Below, in pieces: positions 12,346 to 24,269 of a DNA stretch of 64,000 nt; the first letter of the stretch is position 1, and every line of letters starts with the position of its first letter. Origin of the DNA: Batkoa obscura (Eukaryota); NCBI GenBank assembly GCA_030770535.1, contig JASVEC010000013.1:682001-746000 (forward strand), written 5' to 3'. The notes beneath the pieces are model-generated. The model worked only from the letters and a program-made list of their open reading frames with translations, was not told where the DNA came from and did no database searches. The translations under genes and the position numbers were made by a program.

Positions 12346-13443
12346 ATGGCTTCAGTTTGTCAACCCGACTTTATACCTATATTTTATAACATATTTAAAG
12401 AATGTGCTTACAATTCAATGGATGGGCTTAGTATAATATTAGGATATATATCGATATGTTTTTGGATTAATGTATTATTTCCACAGCTATGGGAAAATTA
12501 CTGTAGAAAATCGGTAGAATCATTAAGCTATTCATTTTTGACGATATGGTTTTTAGGCGATTCTACAAATTTAGTAGGTGGTATTTTAACTAATCAATTG
12601 CCATTTCAAATTTATTTGGCTGCTTACTTTGTTCTAATGGACATATTAACTGTTGCGCAATGTATTTATTACAATTATTTTTACAATAAAGACAGTCACC
12701 CAAGGTATAATAATCATCAAGGATGTCCAACATTATTAAGAAGTTTAATACCACGTAGAATAGTATATAACAACGCAATGAAGCGTAATGTAATATTAGG
12801 TGTAGGGCTATCATTTATCACATTAACAATCATTTATTTTCAATTCTACGATTTATCTCCATTACCTAATATCCCACCAGTAATGTTATTACAAATCACT
12901 AATAAGGCCTCATATAACATTGGTGTAATAATATCATGGACATGCACTTTTCTATATGTGCTAAGTCGATTCCCACAAATCGTCAAGAATTTTAAAAGAA
13001 AATCCGTAGAAGGGCTTAGTTTAAATTTGTTTTTATTTGCTTTTTTCGGAAATTTGACTTATTCATTGTCAATTATATTAAGAGCCAAATTTCAATTAGA
13101 ATTATTATACCCTTCATTACCTTTCATAATAGGAAGTGCAGGAACAATGTGGGCAGATGGTATATTGTTTTATCAATTTATATTATATTCAAGAAGTAAT
13201 ATCACTAATTCAATTGAAACTGAAAGAATGTTAAATCAAATTGAAGATGGTAAAACTGACGAAACACCAAAGCCTTGGAATATTGCTAACAAAAACACAT
13301 TACTAAATGAACACAATGTTAACTCCTTCTTTTCGGATGACAACTCTTATAAGCCTTCCTTCTCTTCAGATACTAACCTTGCCTCCACCCCTATTCAACT
13401 TAAAATTCATACAACTAACCCAAATTATCAATCTACTCCCTAA
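12346..13443 (+). CDS. PQ-loop repeat vacuolar/lysosomal cationic amino-acid transporter (YPQ/PQLC2-like)
   Basis: Two PQ-loop repeats: FPQLWENYCRKSVESLS and RFPQIVKNFKRKSVEGLS; multiple TM segments; intronless 365 aa. Confidence 0.9.
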   Translation: MASVCQPDFIPIFYNIFKECAYNSMDGLSIILGYISICFWINVLFPQLWENYCRKSVESLSYSFLTIWFLGDSTNLVGGILTNQLPFQIYLAAYFVLMDILTVAQCIYYNYFYNKDSHPRYNNHQGCPTLLRSLIPRRIVYNNAMKRNVILGVGLSFITLTIIYFQFYDLSPLPNIPPVMLLQITNKASYNIGVIISWTCTFLYVLSRFPQIVKNFKRKSVEGLSLNLFLFAFFGNLTYSLSIILRAKFQLELLYPSLPFIIGSAGTMWADGILFYQFILYSRSNITNSIETERMLNQIEDGKTDETPKPWNIANKNTLLNEHNVNSFFSDDNSYKPSFSSDTNLASTPIQLKIHTTNPNYQSTP

Positions 13444-14080
13444 CAAGTCCTACTTTACTGTAATTCTTCATGTTCTGGTTTTCATAATAAATTTTATTGT
13501 AACTTTAGCTATTATCTATTACTATAGTAGTATTTTCAAACTTTGAATTAAATCTCATCATATATTTCACATAAAAATATAGCGTCATGAAATTTTTTTT
13601 ATATTGCTCAAAAAACCATGTTGATCAATATTTAGAACTTTATTTTATAACTGCAATGTTTCTTTTAGCCTTTCAGCCATAATCAAAGCTTGTATTTCAA
13701 AGTTTATCATTTTAAAACTACTAAGTTTATTTAAGTTAAAATATAGATGTACTCTTATAAATAATTTTTGTATTGATATATTATTTGATTATATATCAAC
13801 TACGCTAATTGTTAGTTTTATTCTAAAACGACTGTATAAATATATAGGGAAAAAAAAATGAAATAAGCAAGTCAGCTAATTTCACTAAGTATAACACTAC
13901 ATTTATGAACTTTATATATGGTGTATGTATTGTATTATATTATATTATATCAATTAAGTAAACTCAAAACGCTGTAAATTATTGGATTAGATGTTTTTAA
14001 ATAATATTAAAGTTTTAATAATTTATTAATTTTAAAAAACTAAAACATTAATTTTAAAAAAGATTCACATTGTCGTAATT

Positions 14081-14180
14081 AAAAATAAAAGTAAAAATAA
14101 AAGTAAAAATAAAAATAAAAATAAAAATAAAAATAAAAATAAAAATAAAAATAAAAATAAAAATAAAAATAAAAATAAAA
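14081..14180. repeat. (TAAAAA)n microsatellite
   Basis: About 16 units, two with an A>G variant. Confidence 0.9.
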
Positions 14181-14456
14181 AAATAATTAAAATCATGGAT
14201 TTTAAAATATTAGCTATTATTAAGCTTTTAAGCTTTTAAGTTTTTATAAAAAGTTCAATGCTTTGAAAGAAAAGAAAATGTAAATTTATTATTTCCGCAT
14301 ATTAGTTTTTAACATTATTTTTTATTTAAAGCTTATTCCAACGTGTTTAATAGTATAAAAATTAAGTTAAATTTATTATAAAATCGAAATAAAGTTTATC
14401 AAATATTTGTTCAAGCTTTATTTAAGTTAATTTGAAATAATCGAATTTTTATTAAT

Positions 14457-14513
14457 CTATTTGAGCAGAAAAATTGTTAGTAAAATTCTTAAATACAAAA
14501 ATACATCCCCATA
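14457..14513 (-). mobile_element. MITE-A partial copy (left TIR plus intron-like half only)
   Basis: Reverse complement reads TATGGGGATGTATTTTTGTATTTAAGAATTTTACTAACAATTTTTCTGCTCAAATAG, then unrelated sequence. Confidence 0.85.
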
Positions 14514-15093
14514 TTATGTTGTATTAAAATTAAGTGTAAAATAAATCTAAGAGCGTGTAAGTTATAAAAAACTTGTAAACGATCAAAAATAGTATCCTAT
14601 TAAGCAAAGGTCAAAAATAAAAGATATATAATAGTATTGACATCTTGTTCTATATAGGTATTAAATACTTACTATGGACGAATAATATTTGTTATTCTTA
14701 CTTTAAATGTTAGATTTTATTCTATAGTTTAATTACTTTAACAAAATTTGTTTCCAAACATTAATAAATTAACTAAAATAAGCTATTACTATTATTAGGT
14801 ATTTTCATATATCATTTTAAGCTTTTATTTTGTAATTTTAATGATTTTATTAAGATTTATTTGTGAACATTAATAAATAAATAAATTATAAAGCCATTGT
14901 TATTACCAGGTAAATTCATATATTAATTCAAGCTTCTATAAGCCTACTTTGAATTTATATCTATTTGGAAATTACAAAAGGCGAACCAGATTTATTAAAC
15001 AATAAGTATTTACATTTAATGATGTATTAAATAAAAAGTAAGCATTATAGCCTAAAAGCTTATATATATGTTAATAGCCTTATTGAAATAAAC

Positions 15094-15195
15094 TATGGGG
15101 ATGTTTTTTTGGTTTCATCATTTTTTCTATTTTTTAAGCGCTATTTGAGCGGAAAAATTGTTAATAAAATTCTTAAACAAAAATACATCCCCCTA
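15094..15195 (-). mobile_element. MITE-A full copy
   Basis: TATGGGGATGT...ACATCCCC ends, internal sequence shared with the family. Confidence 0.9.
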
Positions 15196-15331
15196 TAGCT
15201 ATAAAAATAAATTTACCCTATATACATATATAAGTATAAAATAATATTTAATAAAAAGGAAAAACATTTCGGAAAAAGCAGTAGTAGCTAATATTTGGAA
15301 TGGAATAGTGGAAATTTACAATAAAACAAAA

Positions 15332-16096
15332 TCAATTGTAAGAACCTGCAGTTAGGATGGAGCTTGAGCTGATAGATTTTTCTTCTAATTTTTTCTGTGT
15401 ATAAACATATTCTTCAGGGAGTTGTTCATCGATTTCCCCTGGATCGCCTCCAACTAATGAGTATATTTCCTTAATACTAGGATATATCGCAAGCTCTTTG
15501 GGTCTAAAACTATAAACTATTTCATTATTGGGATTAATTAAAAACGTTCCTCCGAGTTGACGAAGATCAGCTTTCATATTTAGTTTGAGTCCTTTAGTCT
15601 TAATATACCTTACCATTTTTAAAATGTGTTTAGAGAAAAATGCCTTTAACTGGTATGCTCTTGATACTTTAGTTAGCTTGGCAGCTTTGTAAACATTTCG
15701 TTCTGGGTCAAGATAAATATCCCAAGTCCAGTATCCAGAGCTTAAAAAGGAGTATAGATCTACATCTTCAAACACTACTGCAACTAATGCAACATTGTGA
15801 TGCTCAAATAAAGGTTGTAATTCAGAAAATACCTTTGCATCATATTTACATAAAGCACACCCTAAACTAGCTAAAACCTTTAAAATTACTGGTCTATTCT
15901 TCCATGTATCACTTAGTAATATTTCATCTCCATTGATAGTTTTTACTTTTATTCCATCAAATATCCTTGCATCAAACCTTTTAACATTCCTATTCCTTCG
16001 CTTTTGGTTGAAAGTGGAAGAGAAATCATCTATAAATTGAATACTTGTTTTTTTGGGACATTTCGTACAATAACTTTGGTTGCTGTAGGTAAACAT
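15332..16096 (-). CDS. AhpC/TSA-type thioredoxin-fold redoxin (PRXL2/FAM213-like), paralogue 1, CALC motif
   Basis: LSDTW..RPVILKVLASLGCALCK, IYLDPERNVYK, DLRQLGGTFLI; intronless 254 aa. Confidence 0.88.
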   Translation of the reverse strand: MFTYSNQSYCTKCPKKTSIQFIDDFSSTFNQKRRNRNVKRFDARIFDGIKVKTINGDEILLSDTWKNRPVILKVLASLGCALCKYDAKVFSELQPLFEHHNVALVAVVFEDVDLYSFLSSGYWTWDIYLDPERNVYKAAKLTKVSRAYQLKAFFSKHILKMVRYIKTKGLKLNMKADLRQLGGTFLINPNNEIVYSFRPKELAIYPSIKEIYSLVGGDPGEIDEQLPEEYVYTQKKLEEKSISSSSILTAGSYN

Positions 16097-17040
16097 ATTA
16101 ATAACTAAAAATAAAATGAAAAATTTATCCTAAAGTTTATTTTATATAAATTTTAATTATAGAGTTCTCACATTAAGTTCTAATTTGACTCAGTTTAGTA
16201 ATGACAATAATAGATCTTTAATAATTTAGTATTTAATATTATTTTCTAACTAATGATTAATCACAATGAACCATAACTATCATGATAGAAGTATGATTGG
16301 AGTGTACATTTAAATGAAAGCCTTTTGAGCTAAGTATGATTATACAAATATATCCATTACCTGTTTATAATTTTTCAAAGTTTCTTTTCATTTTGGCAAT
16401 CAATCCTGGACTAAAATCAAAATCCATATAATGATATAGCCTATTTATAATTACTACATCAAAGTATTTCTGATATTTGACAGCGAAGCTTTTTAAACTA
16501 TTTATTAACTGATATACTTCAAATAGTTAATGAGGGTCTATTATCAGTTTAATGAACCCCTATTTGATTTTTTGAATGCTCTACTTATTAATATATAAAA
16601 AATCAAATTAAATCATTACTGTAAAGTTAAATATTGGGTTCCAACGCATAGCTTTCTATTTTTTTCACCAATCATAACTGCTTCTTGATCTTGATAGTTT
16701 TTAAAATTACGTTAGAATATTAAATACTACACTATGTTTATTTGAACATATATTTTAATTATAAACCCCTTTAATAAGGATTCCTATTTTTTCTAATAAT
16801 ATTTTGTAAAGTATATAAAACTGGGTAAAATTTAAGTTTTATGAGTTGGATTCACAAAGAAAATAGTAATAAAAAGAAATCAGGTTTATTATATAACTTT
16901 AAAAGTGAAGTTCGAATTAATTAAATATTGGGCGACATGTCAAGAATGTATAATATGATGTATAGAATGATTTTCTATAGTTTTGTTATCGGATCTTCTC
17001 TATTAATAATAGGCATATTAAATATGTCAACCTACGTACA

Positions 17041-17775
17041 CTATTGATCCGTAGATAACGTTAAATTCGGTTTACGGACATTGTTTTTTGGTTTTTCTTG
17101 ATAATATATATATTTAGAAGGAAGCTGTTCTTCAATATCTTCTGGATCATTACTAACTAATGAGTATATTTCTTTAAAACTAGGATACATGGTAACATTT
17201 TTAGGCCTGAAGCTATAAACTTTTTCATTGTTGGGATAAATCACAAATGTTCCGCCTAGTTGTCTCAAACCACCACTTATGTCTGGCTTTTGACCTTATC
17301 TTATATATTAATAGCTTTAACACACACTTAGAAAACATGATTTTAGTTGGTACAATCTTGATACTTTGATCAACTCTGCAGCTTTGTAAACATTTCGTTC
17401 TGGGTCAAGATAAATATCCCAAGTCCAGTATCCAGAGCTTAAAAAGGAGTATAGATCTACATCTTCAAACACTACTGCAACTAATGCAACATTATGATGC
17501 TCAAATAAAGGTTGTAATTCAGAAAATACCTTTGCATCATATTTACATAAAGCACACCCTAAACTAGCTAAAACCTTTAAAATTACTGACATACCCTTTC
17601 ATGTATTGCTTAACAATATTTCGCCCCCACCAATAGTCTTTACTTTTATTTCATTGAAAACACTTGCATCAAAATTGATTCTAAAATCATTGGAAGTTTT
17701 ATGCTGAGTGACATCATAATGATTATTTTTATAGATGCTATTATCACAATGTACTCTGCCATCATATTTTACCAC
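17041..17775 (-). pseudogene. AhpC/TSA-type redoxin pseudogene, paralogue 2
   Basis: Three consecutive ORF fragments cover the whole protein; conserved Trp replaced by TGA at 17599-17601; frameshift/stops near 17290-17330; no ATG at the expected start. Confidence 0.88.
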
Positions 17776-18400
17776 TATTACTTTAAGATAAAAAAATAAA
17801 CTATCCAACTTATAAAATTTTATTTTTAAATTAGATTGAATTTAGCTAATTCTGTTTAATAGTAAGAAATATAGAGCCTCAATATTTATATTTATATAAA
17901 ACAATACTTATTATTAGGTTAAATACCTTAATTTATTAGCTAAATTAAACTTCAATTTGAAATTTTTATTTTATTTAACTTTTATTTTTATTTCTAAATA
18001 CCTGGCTAGATCCTGAGTACTCTGAGATATAGTTTCAACTTTTTATGAGCTGGGGAGGAGTAAGCTAAAATCCCTATCTACAAAATGTTTAAATTCATAA
18101 CACTTTAAATGGATTTCTGAATATGGTTAATTATTTTATAATAAAGAATCTTGCTTATAATATTATTTTATGTTTATTAATAGTTAAATCTCTACAAAGA
18201 TATGATGAATATAACCAATTTTTTATTTTATATCTAGAAATAAATATTTTGTACCATAAAATAAAATTACTGCTTTAAAAAATATGTGGTGAATAGTAAA
18301 ATTGAAATTTTAGTTATAGTAAGCTATATTAAAAGGTACTTAATTACTGTATGTAATTAATATTTTATATATTTTTTTCCTGAATCAGTAATATATCAAA

Positions 18401-18472
18401 TCTCGGGTAGTATAGTGGTGAGTATCCCCGCCTGTCACGCGGGAGACCGGGGTTCAATTCCCCGCTCGAGAG
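18401..18472 (+). tRNA. tRNA-Asp (GTC)
   Basis: Acceptor stem TCTCGGG/CTCGAGA, D arm TAGTATAGTGGTGAGTAT, anticodon arm CCCGC-CTGTCAC-GCGGG, T loop GGTTCAATTCC; T6 Pol III terminator at 18481. Confidence 0.97.
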
Positions 18473-20927
18473 TGATAATGTTTTTTGATTACGAATTCCT
18501 TTGCCTGTAATAATCATCGGTTAGCTATGTATTTATTTTTAAAAGGTGCAAAGGTCTTTTGTTTTTATTTTGTAAATAATTTATGAATTAAATAGGAAAA
18601 AATAAAGACGTTTGCGTTCAATCTTATTTAACATATTAGACTACTATAAGGTAGTTTGTAAAGTAATCTGACCTTTTTAATTTATGCAAATAGGCCATAG
18701 AATACAATATAGTTTTGCTTTTTGAAATTTCTAATAAAGAATTACATTTTTATCTAAAAAATTTTAGTTTTACTTTCACTATAAAGTAATTAGTTCTATT
18801 TTACAATCATTAATAATAAAGCATTGACTACTTTATATTAGTTCAAAATATTTGTTCGGAAAATAAAGGCTAATGTTATAGTAGAGAGCGTTATTTAGCT
18901 GTCTTAATTTAGTCAATGATATTTTTTCGATTGTAATTAATTTCTTTGATAATTAGGCTGAATTTTATAATTGCTCTTATAGTTGCAGTTAATTACTCTT
19001 GCTACTTGCCCCATAAAAAAGAGTCAAATTACTATAAATTTATATTTTGTAGCTGCTTCTTGTCCATTTTTTGAGCTACCTAATTTAAAGATATTAAAGT
19101 CGAGATCTTAATAAAAAAAACATGGCTATAAAGCTTTGGTAGTTTGTTATTATGTATAAATTATAAACAAGATTTATATTAGCATAGTATCTCGGTGATT
19201 TTTTCACTTTATTTCAATAATTAAAGTTATATTTATTGAAGCTTGTGGTTTGAGTTTTAGCAAAACATAAGAGGATAATTACTTGTTAAAGTGTGAAAGT
19301 TTCAATTCCCGTTAAACTATTCTGAAATATTTAAATTTTCTCTAAATATTCCATACCAGTACTCTTCAATTCTTTAAATTATTTTAATAAACAACCTTCC
19401 GTATGGATGTATTATCAAAAAAAGTTGTAACTATAAAACTTGTCAAATAATTTGAATATAAAAATTAGAGCTTTTTATGTGATATTAAACTTTAGAAATG
19501 ATAAATAAAAAACACATTGGCATAATTTCTACCATTAAATAGCTTTACATTTTATCATGCCATTTTTATAATTAAACCTTAATATAAATATTAACAATTA
19601 AGCTGTTAAAATTTGTATTAAAATGTTAAAATATTGTATATTTAAGTAATAGTTTTATTTAAATAATCACTATTAGGCTAAATATAAGTTTTTAAAATAA
19701 TGAAATATGTGTTGAATAACTATATGTTATTTCAAACGTCGTTATTATACCAATTTAAGGCTTAATGGCTAGTATTTTACGAATATCAAGATAAAGTATT
19801 TATATCAAGTTAATTTAGACAAATACAAGTTCTAAAATGTTTTACGCTTAAACCGGTATATCAAGCTTTAATGAACAGAAAACAAAGTAGCTTTTACAAA
19901 ATTTTTAGACTAAATATCAGTATCTGAACTCTTATAATAAAACTTGTCAAAGCATTTATTATTTTATTGATTTTTATATAGAATCTTAAAATGATTTTGT
20001 ACTAAAATAAATAAAATCGTTTTTATATATTATTATTATGTACAAAGATTATTAAATAAGGACTAAGTTTACATAAATAATAACCTCCAAATAAACTATT
20101 AGCCAATATAAATAATAATGCTTAAATATAATAAATCACTCATTAGAATAATAAAGTTAACAGATAATTTAAGTGCTATACTATATAAACTTATCAATTA
20201 AATAGCTTAAGGATTGAACGCCACTATTTTTTTTTAAAAATTCCCATCCACCGATACGCTCTATATTGATTAAAGCAAAATATTGTTTAAGTTAGAAATC
20301 AATACATATTACTATAGTTTTATCGCTTAAATAATTACTGAAAACTATTTTTATAGTTGTTATTAGTAATATTGAATCGGCCTAAGTTTATTTCAAATAC
20401 ATGCTGGTAATAGTTTTTGAAAATCAAAGTATACAGTTTTTAAGTGAAAATATATCAAAGAAATTGTTAAGAAAATTTCAATTAAACGCGAAGTTTCTCC
20501 CTGATCAAAAGCTATAAATAGTCTTTAGGCTATACGGTTACTACGACTCTACTGTGGCCCAATTAACTATTCATTTTACAATAAAATTTTGCGAAAGCAG
20601 CAAGAATACAAAGATTAACCATTAAAAAAGCTGAAATAAATAAATAACTGGCTCTAAAAATTATTGCAAATTGCTTGCAATAGGATTCCAACAGCTGTAA
20701 TAAAGGGACATTGGACATTTGAAAGTGATAGTAAAAATTAAGCATTCTCCGAAATCCCATCAAGGTAGGAAAGTTGAAAGAAATTATTATGATTATTAAT
20801 GAAAGTTTAGTTTGAATGAATTATGATTAAATCATAAAAAATTAAAAGTATAAATAAGTAACCGTTTTAAACAAATATTGATTAAAAAATAAAATAAAAT
20901 AAAACTAGAATTATTTAATATAAAAAA

Positions 20928-22313
20928 ATGAATGACAGTCAACAAGAAATGGTAATTAAAGAAGAAGATTTTGGAATAAAATCTGAAGTTGACAATACTA
21001 AAGAAGTTGAGAGTTATGAATTATATACAAGTAGTCAAAGAAGATTTTATTTGGCTTTAGTAGGATTAAGCGGATTAATGGCTCCAATGGCTTCAACTAT
21101 CTTTTTTCCTGCTCTATTACAAATCAAAAAAGACTTCAAAACTACTGATACTTTAATTGATGTCACCGTTTCTATCTTTATCTTTATATTAGCTCTTGCC
21201 CCGTTAGTATGGGGTACAAGTTCTGATTTGTATGGTAGAAGATGGGTATATATCATTTCTCAATCGATATTCTTTTTATCTTGTATTGGTTGTGCTTTAT
21301 CCCCAGATGTAAATGTATTTATTATTATGAGAGTGTTTCAAGGCATTGGTTCTTCTGCTCCATTAGTAGTTGGAATCGGTACTATCAGTGATATTTACCC
21401 ACGTGAACAAAGGGGTACAGCATTAGGTTTGTTTTTTATTGGTCCATTAATCGGACCAGTTATTGGACCTATCATTGGAGGATTTTTAGCAGAATATTTA
21501 GGATGGAGATCTATTTTTTGGTTGATGACTGGGTTATCTGGTTTAATTGTACTTATCATCTTTTTTTTCTTAAAAGAGACGCTACCATTGAATAGAACTG
21601 AAGCATTTCCAGTAAAATTAAGCTTTAAACCCTTAAAATTTACTTCTAATGGTAAATTTTTCAATCCTTTGAAACCATTATATTATCTTCGATATATCAA
21701 TGTTGCATTAGGATCTTTCTACTCTGCTATTATTTTTGCTGCTTACTACTCAGTTTCAATTTCTCAAAATAGAGCAATGTTTACATTTTATCATTTAGAT
21801 TCTTCAAAGACGGGATTGACTTTCATTTCATTAGGAGTAGGTAATATTGTAGGTTCAGTATGTGGAGGAAGAATATCAGATATAATATTAAGAAGAGCAA
21901 TTGCAAAATCAAAAGATGGTAAAGTACGGCCTGAAATAAGATTACATTCTTCATTTATTGGGGCAATAGCAATATTAATAGGATTAATGTTGGACGGTTG
22001 GTTTATTCATTATCGACTCCATTTGGGTTTAGTTTTATTTAGTCAGTTCTTAGTTGGTTTTGGTATGACTTATGCTTTTGGATGTATCTCAACTTATTTA
22101 GTTGATTTGTATCCTAAATTCGGTGCTTCAATTACATCTGTCTCTAATGCGGTGCGTATGATAGGTGCTGGTATTATTATTACAGTTAACTCTATTATTT
22201 TAGATACTTTAGATTATGGATGGACATTTACCATGTTTTCACTTATCCAAATAGCTGGGATTGGAATTTTAATCTTTTTAGTTTTATTTGGCTCTAAGTT
22301 TAGAAGCTCATAA
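20928..22313 (+). CDS. MFS multidrug transporter, DHA1 (12-TM) type
   Basis: STIFFPAL, WGTSSDLYGRR, MRVFQGIG, DIYPREQRG, GPLIGPVIGPIIGGFLA..GWRSIFW; intronless 461 aa. Confidence 0.93.
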   Translation: MNDSQQEMVIKEEDFGIKSEVDNTKEVESYELYTSSQRRFYLALVGLSGLMAPMASTIFFPALLQIKKDFKTTDTLIDVTVSIFIFILALAPLVWGTSSDLYGRRWVYIISQSIFFLSCIGCALSPDVNVFIIMRVFQGIGSSAPLVVGIGTISDIYPREQRGTALGLFFIGPLIGPVIGPIIGGFLAEYLGWRSIFWLMTGLSGLIVLIIFFFLKETLPLNRTEAFPVKLSFKPLKFTSNGKFFNPLKPLYYLRYINVALGSFYSAIIFAAYYSVSISQNRAMFTFYHLDSSKTGLTFISLGVGNIVGSVCGGRISDIILRRAIAKSKDGKVRPEIRLHSSFIGAIAILIGLMLDGWFIHYRLHLGLVLFSQFLVGFGMTYAFGCISTYLVDLYPKFGASITSVSNAVRMIGAGIIITVNSIILDTLDYGWTFTMFSLIQIAGIGILIFLVLFGSKFRSS

Positions 22314-23501
22314 TTATTATTTCGTTAAGCGTTTTTAAGAACTAAACGCTATTTTTATTTAACAAACGTTTTTGTTTTCTTATAATATACCTTTTAAATT
22401 GAATTGTCTGATTTAATATTTTATTATTCCTTCTGTTCTGAAATAAACGCCTAATTGCCCATTTTGAATTGTTCCAAAGAGAACATCCAATTTTGAGCAT
22501 CCAAATTAATATGATTTTTGTCTTATTTTGTCCATTTTTAATGAGACCAAAAGTTCGAAAAGTTATAAACAAAATCAAAACATGCTCACTGAGCTTGGAA
22601 TTGTAATTCTTCTAAAAGCATTGCAAATTAGCTTGTTTGAATATAGAATGAGGCAGAAGAGGCCTCCTTACCTTATTTTCATAATTGTAATTGGATTTAC
22701 AAAAATTTCTCAAATAATCTGTAGCTTTAAAAAGTGGTGGATTTCTTCCTACTTTGAGTGCTCATATCGTAGTATATAATAGTGATAAGAGTCATTTAGA
22801 ACTAAAGGAAGAAGCAAGAGCTATAATGCTTTAAAAAGCATTCTTTTTACTTTTTACTTATAATAACCTTGTATATTTTTCAAGAGTTATGTTTATACTA
22901 AAACCGAGGGATTATGTATACTCTTCTTTTAATTACATATTACGGATAGCGGTATTATAAGTATTCTTTAATAATTTATGACTTGAAAATTTAATTAATT
23001 TATTCAGTCATATTCTCTAATCTTTTAGATTTGGTTACTTTAAATTCAAGGTATAGTTTTTCAATAGTTTTGATTTATTGTAAAAGTTGCACACAGCAAA
23101 AGTACTATGAAAATAACTGTTTCCTTCCTTAATTTTGCAACTATGAACCTAAACTAAACAGTAAAAAATTATTTTGAATTTCAATCGGGTTTTCAAACTT
23201 ATCTAGATATTCGAATCAAAGAACAAAACTAAATAATTCCAGGTGATCAATTTAAAGAAGAAATTAGACAATAAATCGACTCGCTTTTTATCCTAAAAGG
23301 AATAGAAAAATAACACAAAAGGTTTAAACATGCTATAAAAGTTAGATGATCACTTTTATTTGTAATTTTATAATCACACCAAATGACTGGAATTTACCAT
23401 TTATTATAGTTCAATTGACGGATAAAACATAAAAAAAGTTGGAATTACCATAATCTAAATATTCAATAGATTGGGATGTTTAATAAATTAATAGTAAAAT
23501 A

Positions 23502-24269
23502 TTATAGCGTGGAAGTTGAAGAAAGGGAAGAGGCTCTACTTTTAACTGTATCTTCAGCTAGCTTGTACTGTGTGTAGATATATTCGTCAGAAAGTTCTTC
23601 ATCAATTTCAGTTGGATCCCCGCCAACAGAAGCATAAAGTTCTTTCATACTTGGATAAGTTGCAAACTTCTTAGGTCTAAAATCATAAACTATTTGACCA
23701 TCTGTATTAATAACAAACAGTCCACCAAGCTGACGAAGATCTCCTTTTGCGTTGTTAATAATACCATTTAAATTTAAACTTATTAATAGCTTCATAAAAT
23801 ATTTATTCACCATACATGACATATGATACATTCTTGTAACCTTCGTTAAACCAGCAGCTTTATATACACTTTTTTCTGGATCAATATAAATATCCCATCT
23901 CCAATAACCACAAGATAAGAATGACTTCAAATCTACATCTTCAAATACGACAGCAGCTAATCCAATACCTTGTCTTTCAAAAAATGGTTGTAAATCAGAC
24001 AATACTTTAGCTTCATGTTTACAAAGGGAACAACCTAATCTAGCTAATACTTTCAATATCACTGGTCTCCTTTTCCATATATCACTCAATAACACCTCAT
24101 TACCATCAACTGTCTTTACTTTTATACCCTCAAATATACTAGCATCTATCTTATTCCTTTCACGATATTTTCTTATTAATTCTTCCAAAGACTCACTCGA
24201 TTGTCTTTTTTCTAAGATATTAGCAGTCGCTTCATCCGAGTTTCGATCAAAGCATGAAACGCAATACAT
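23502..24269 (-). CDS. AhpC/TSA-type redoxin, paralogue 3, CSLC motif
   Basis: VILKVLARLGCSLCK, IYIDPEKSVYK, GDLRQLGGLFVI; intronless 255 aa. Confidence 0.88.
   Translation of the reverse strand: MYCVSCFDRNSDEATANILEKRQSSESLEELIRKYRERNKIDASIFEGIKVKTVDGNEVLLSDIWKRRPVILKVLARLGCSLCKHEAKVLSDLQPFFERQGIGLAAVVFEDVDLKSFLSCGYWRWDIYIDPEKSVYKAAGLTKVTRMYHMSCMVNKYFMKLLISLNLNGIINNAKGDLRQLGGLFVINTDGQIVYDFRPKKFATYPSMKELYASVGGDPTEIDEELSDEYIYTQYKLAEDTVKSRASSLSSTSTL

Noticed and set aside
17599..17601. In-frame TGA in a redoxin gene as possible selenocysteine (SelU/AhpC-like selenoproteins occur in some early-diverging fungi)
   Set aside because: The TGA aligns with the conserved Trp of LSDxW, not a catalytic Cys. 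The CALC motif is ordinary and the copy has further frameshift/stops.
22342..22779. Short ORFs downstream of the DHA1 MFS, and similar ones at 9552, 20563, 41581, 49647, 50089 and 60993
   Set aside because: Low-complexity I/L/F/K/N composition expected from AT-rich non-coding DNA; no motifs or supporting exon structure.
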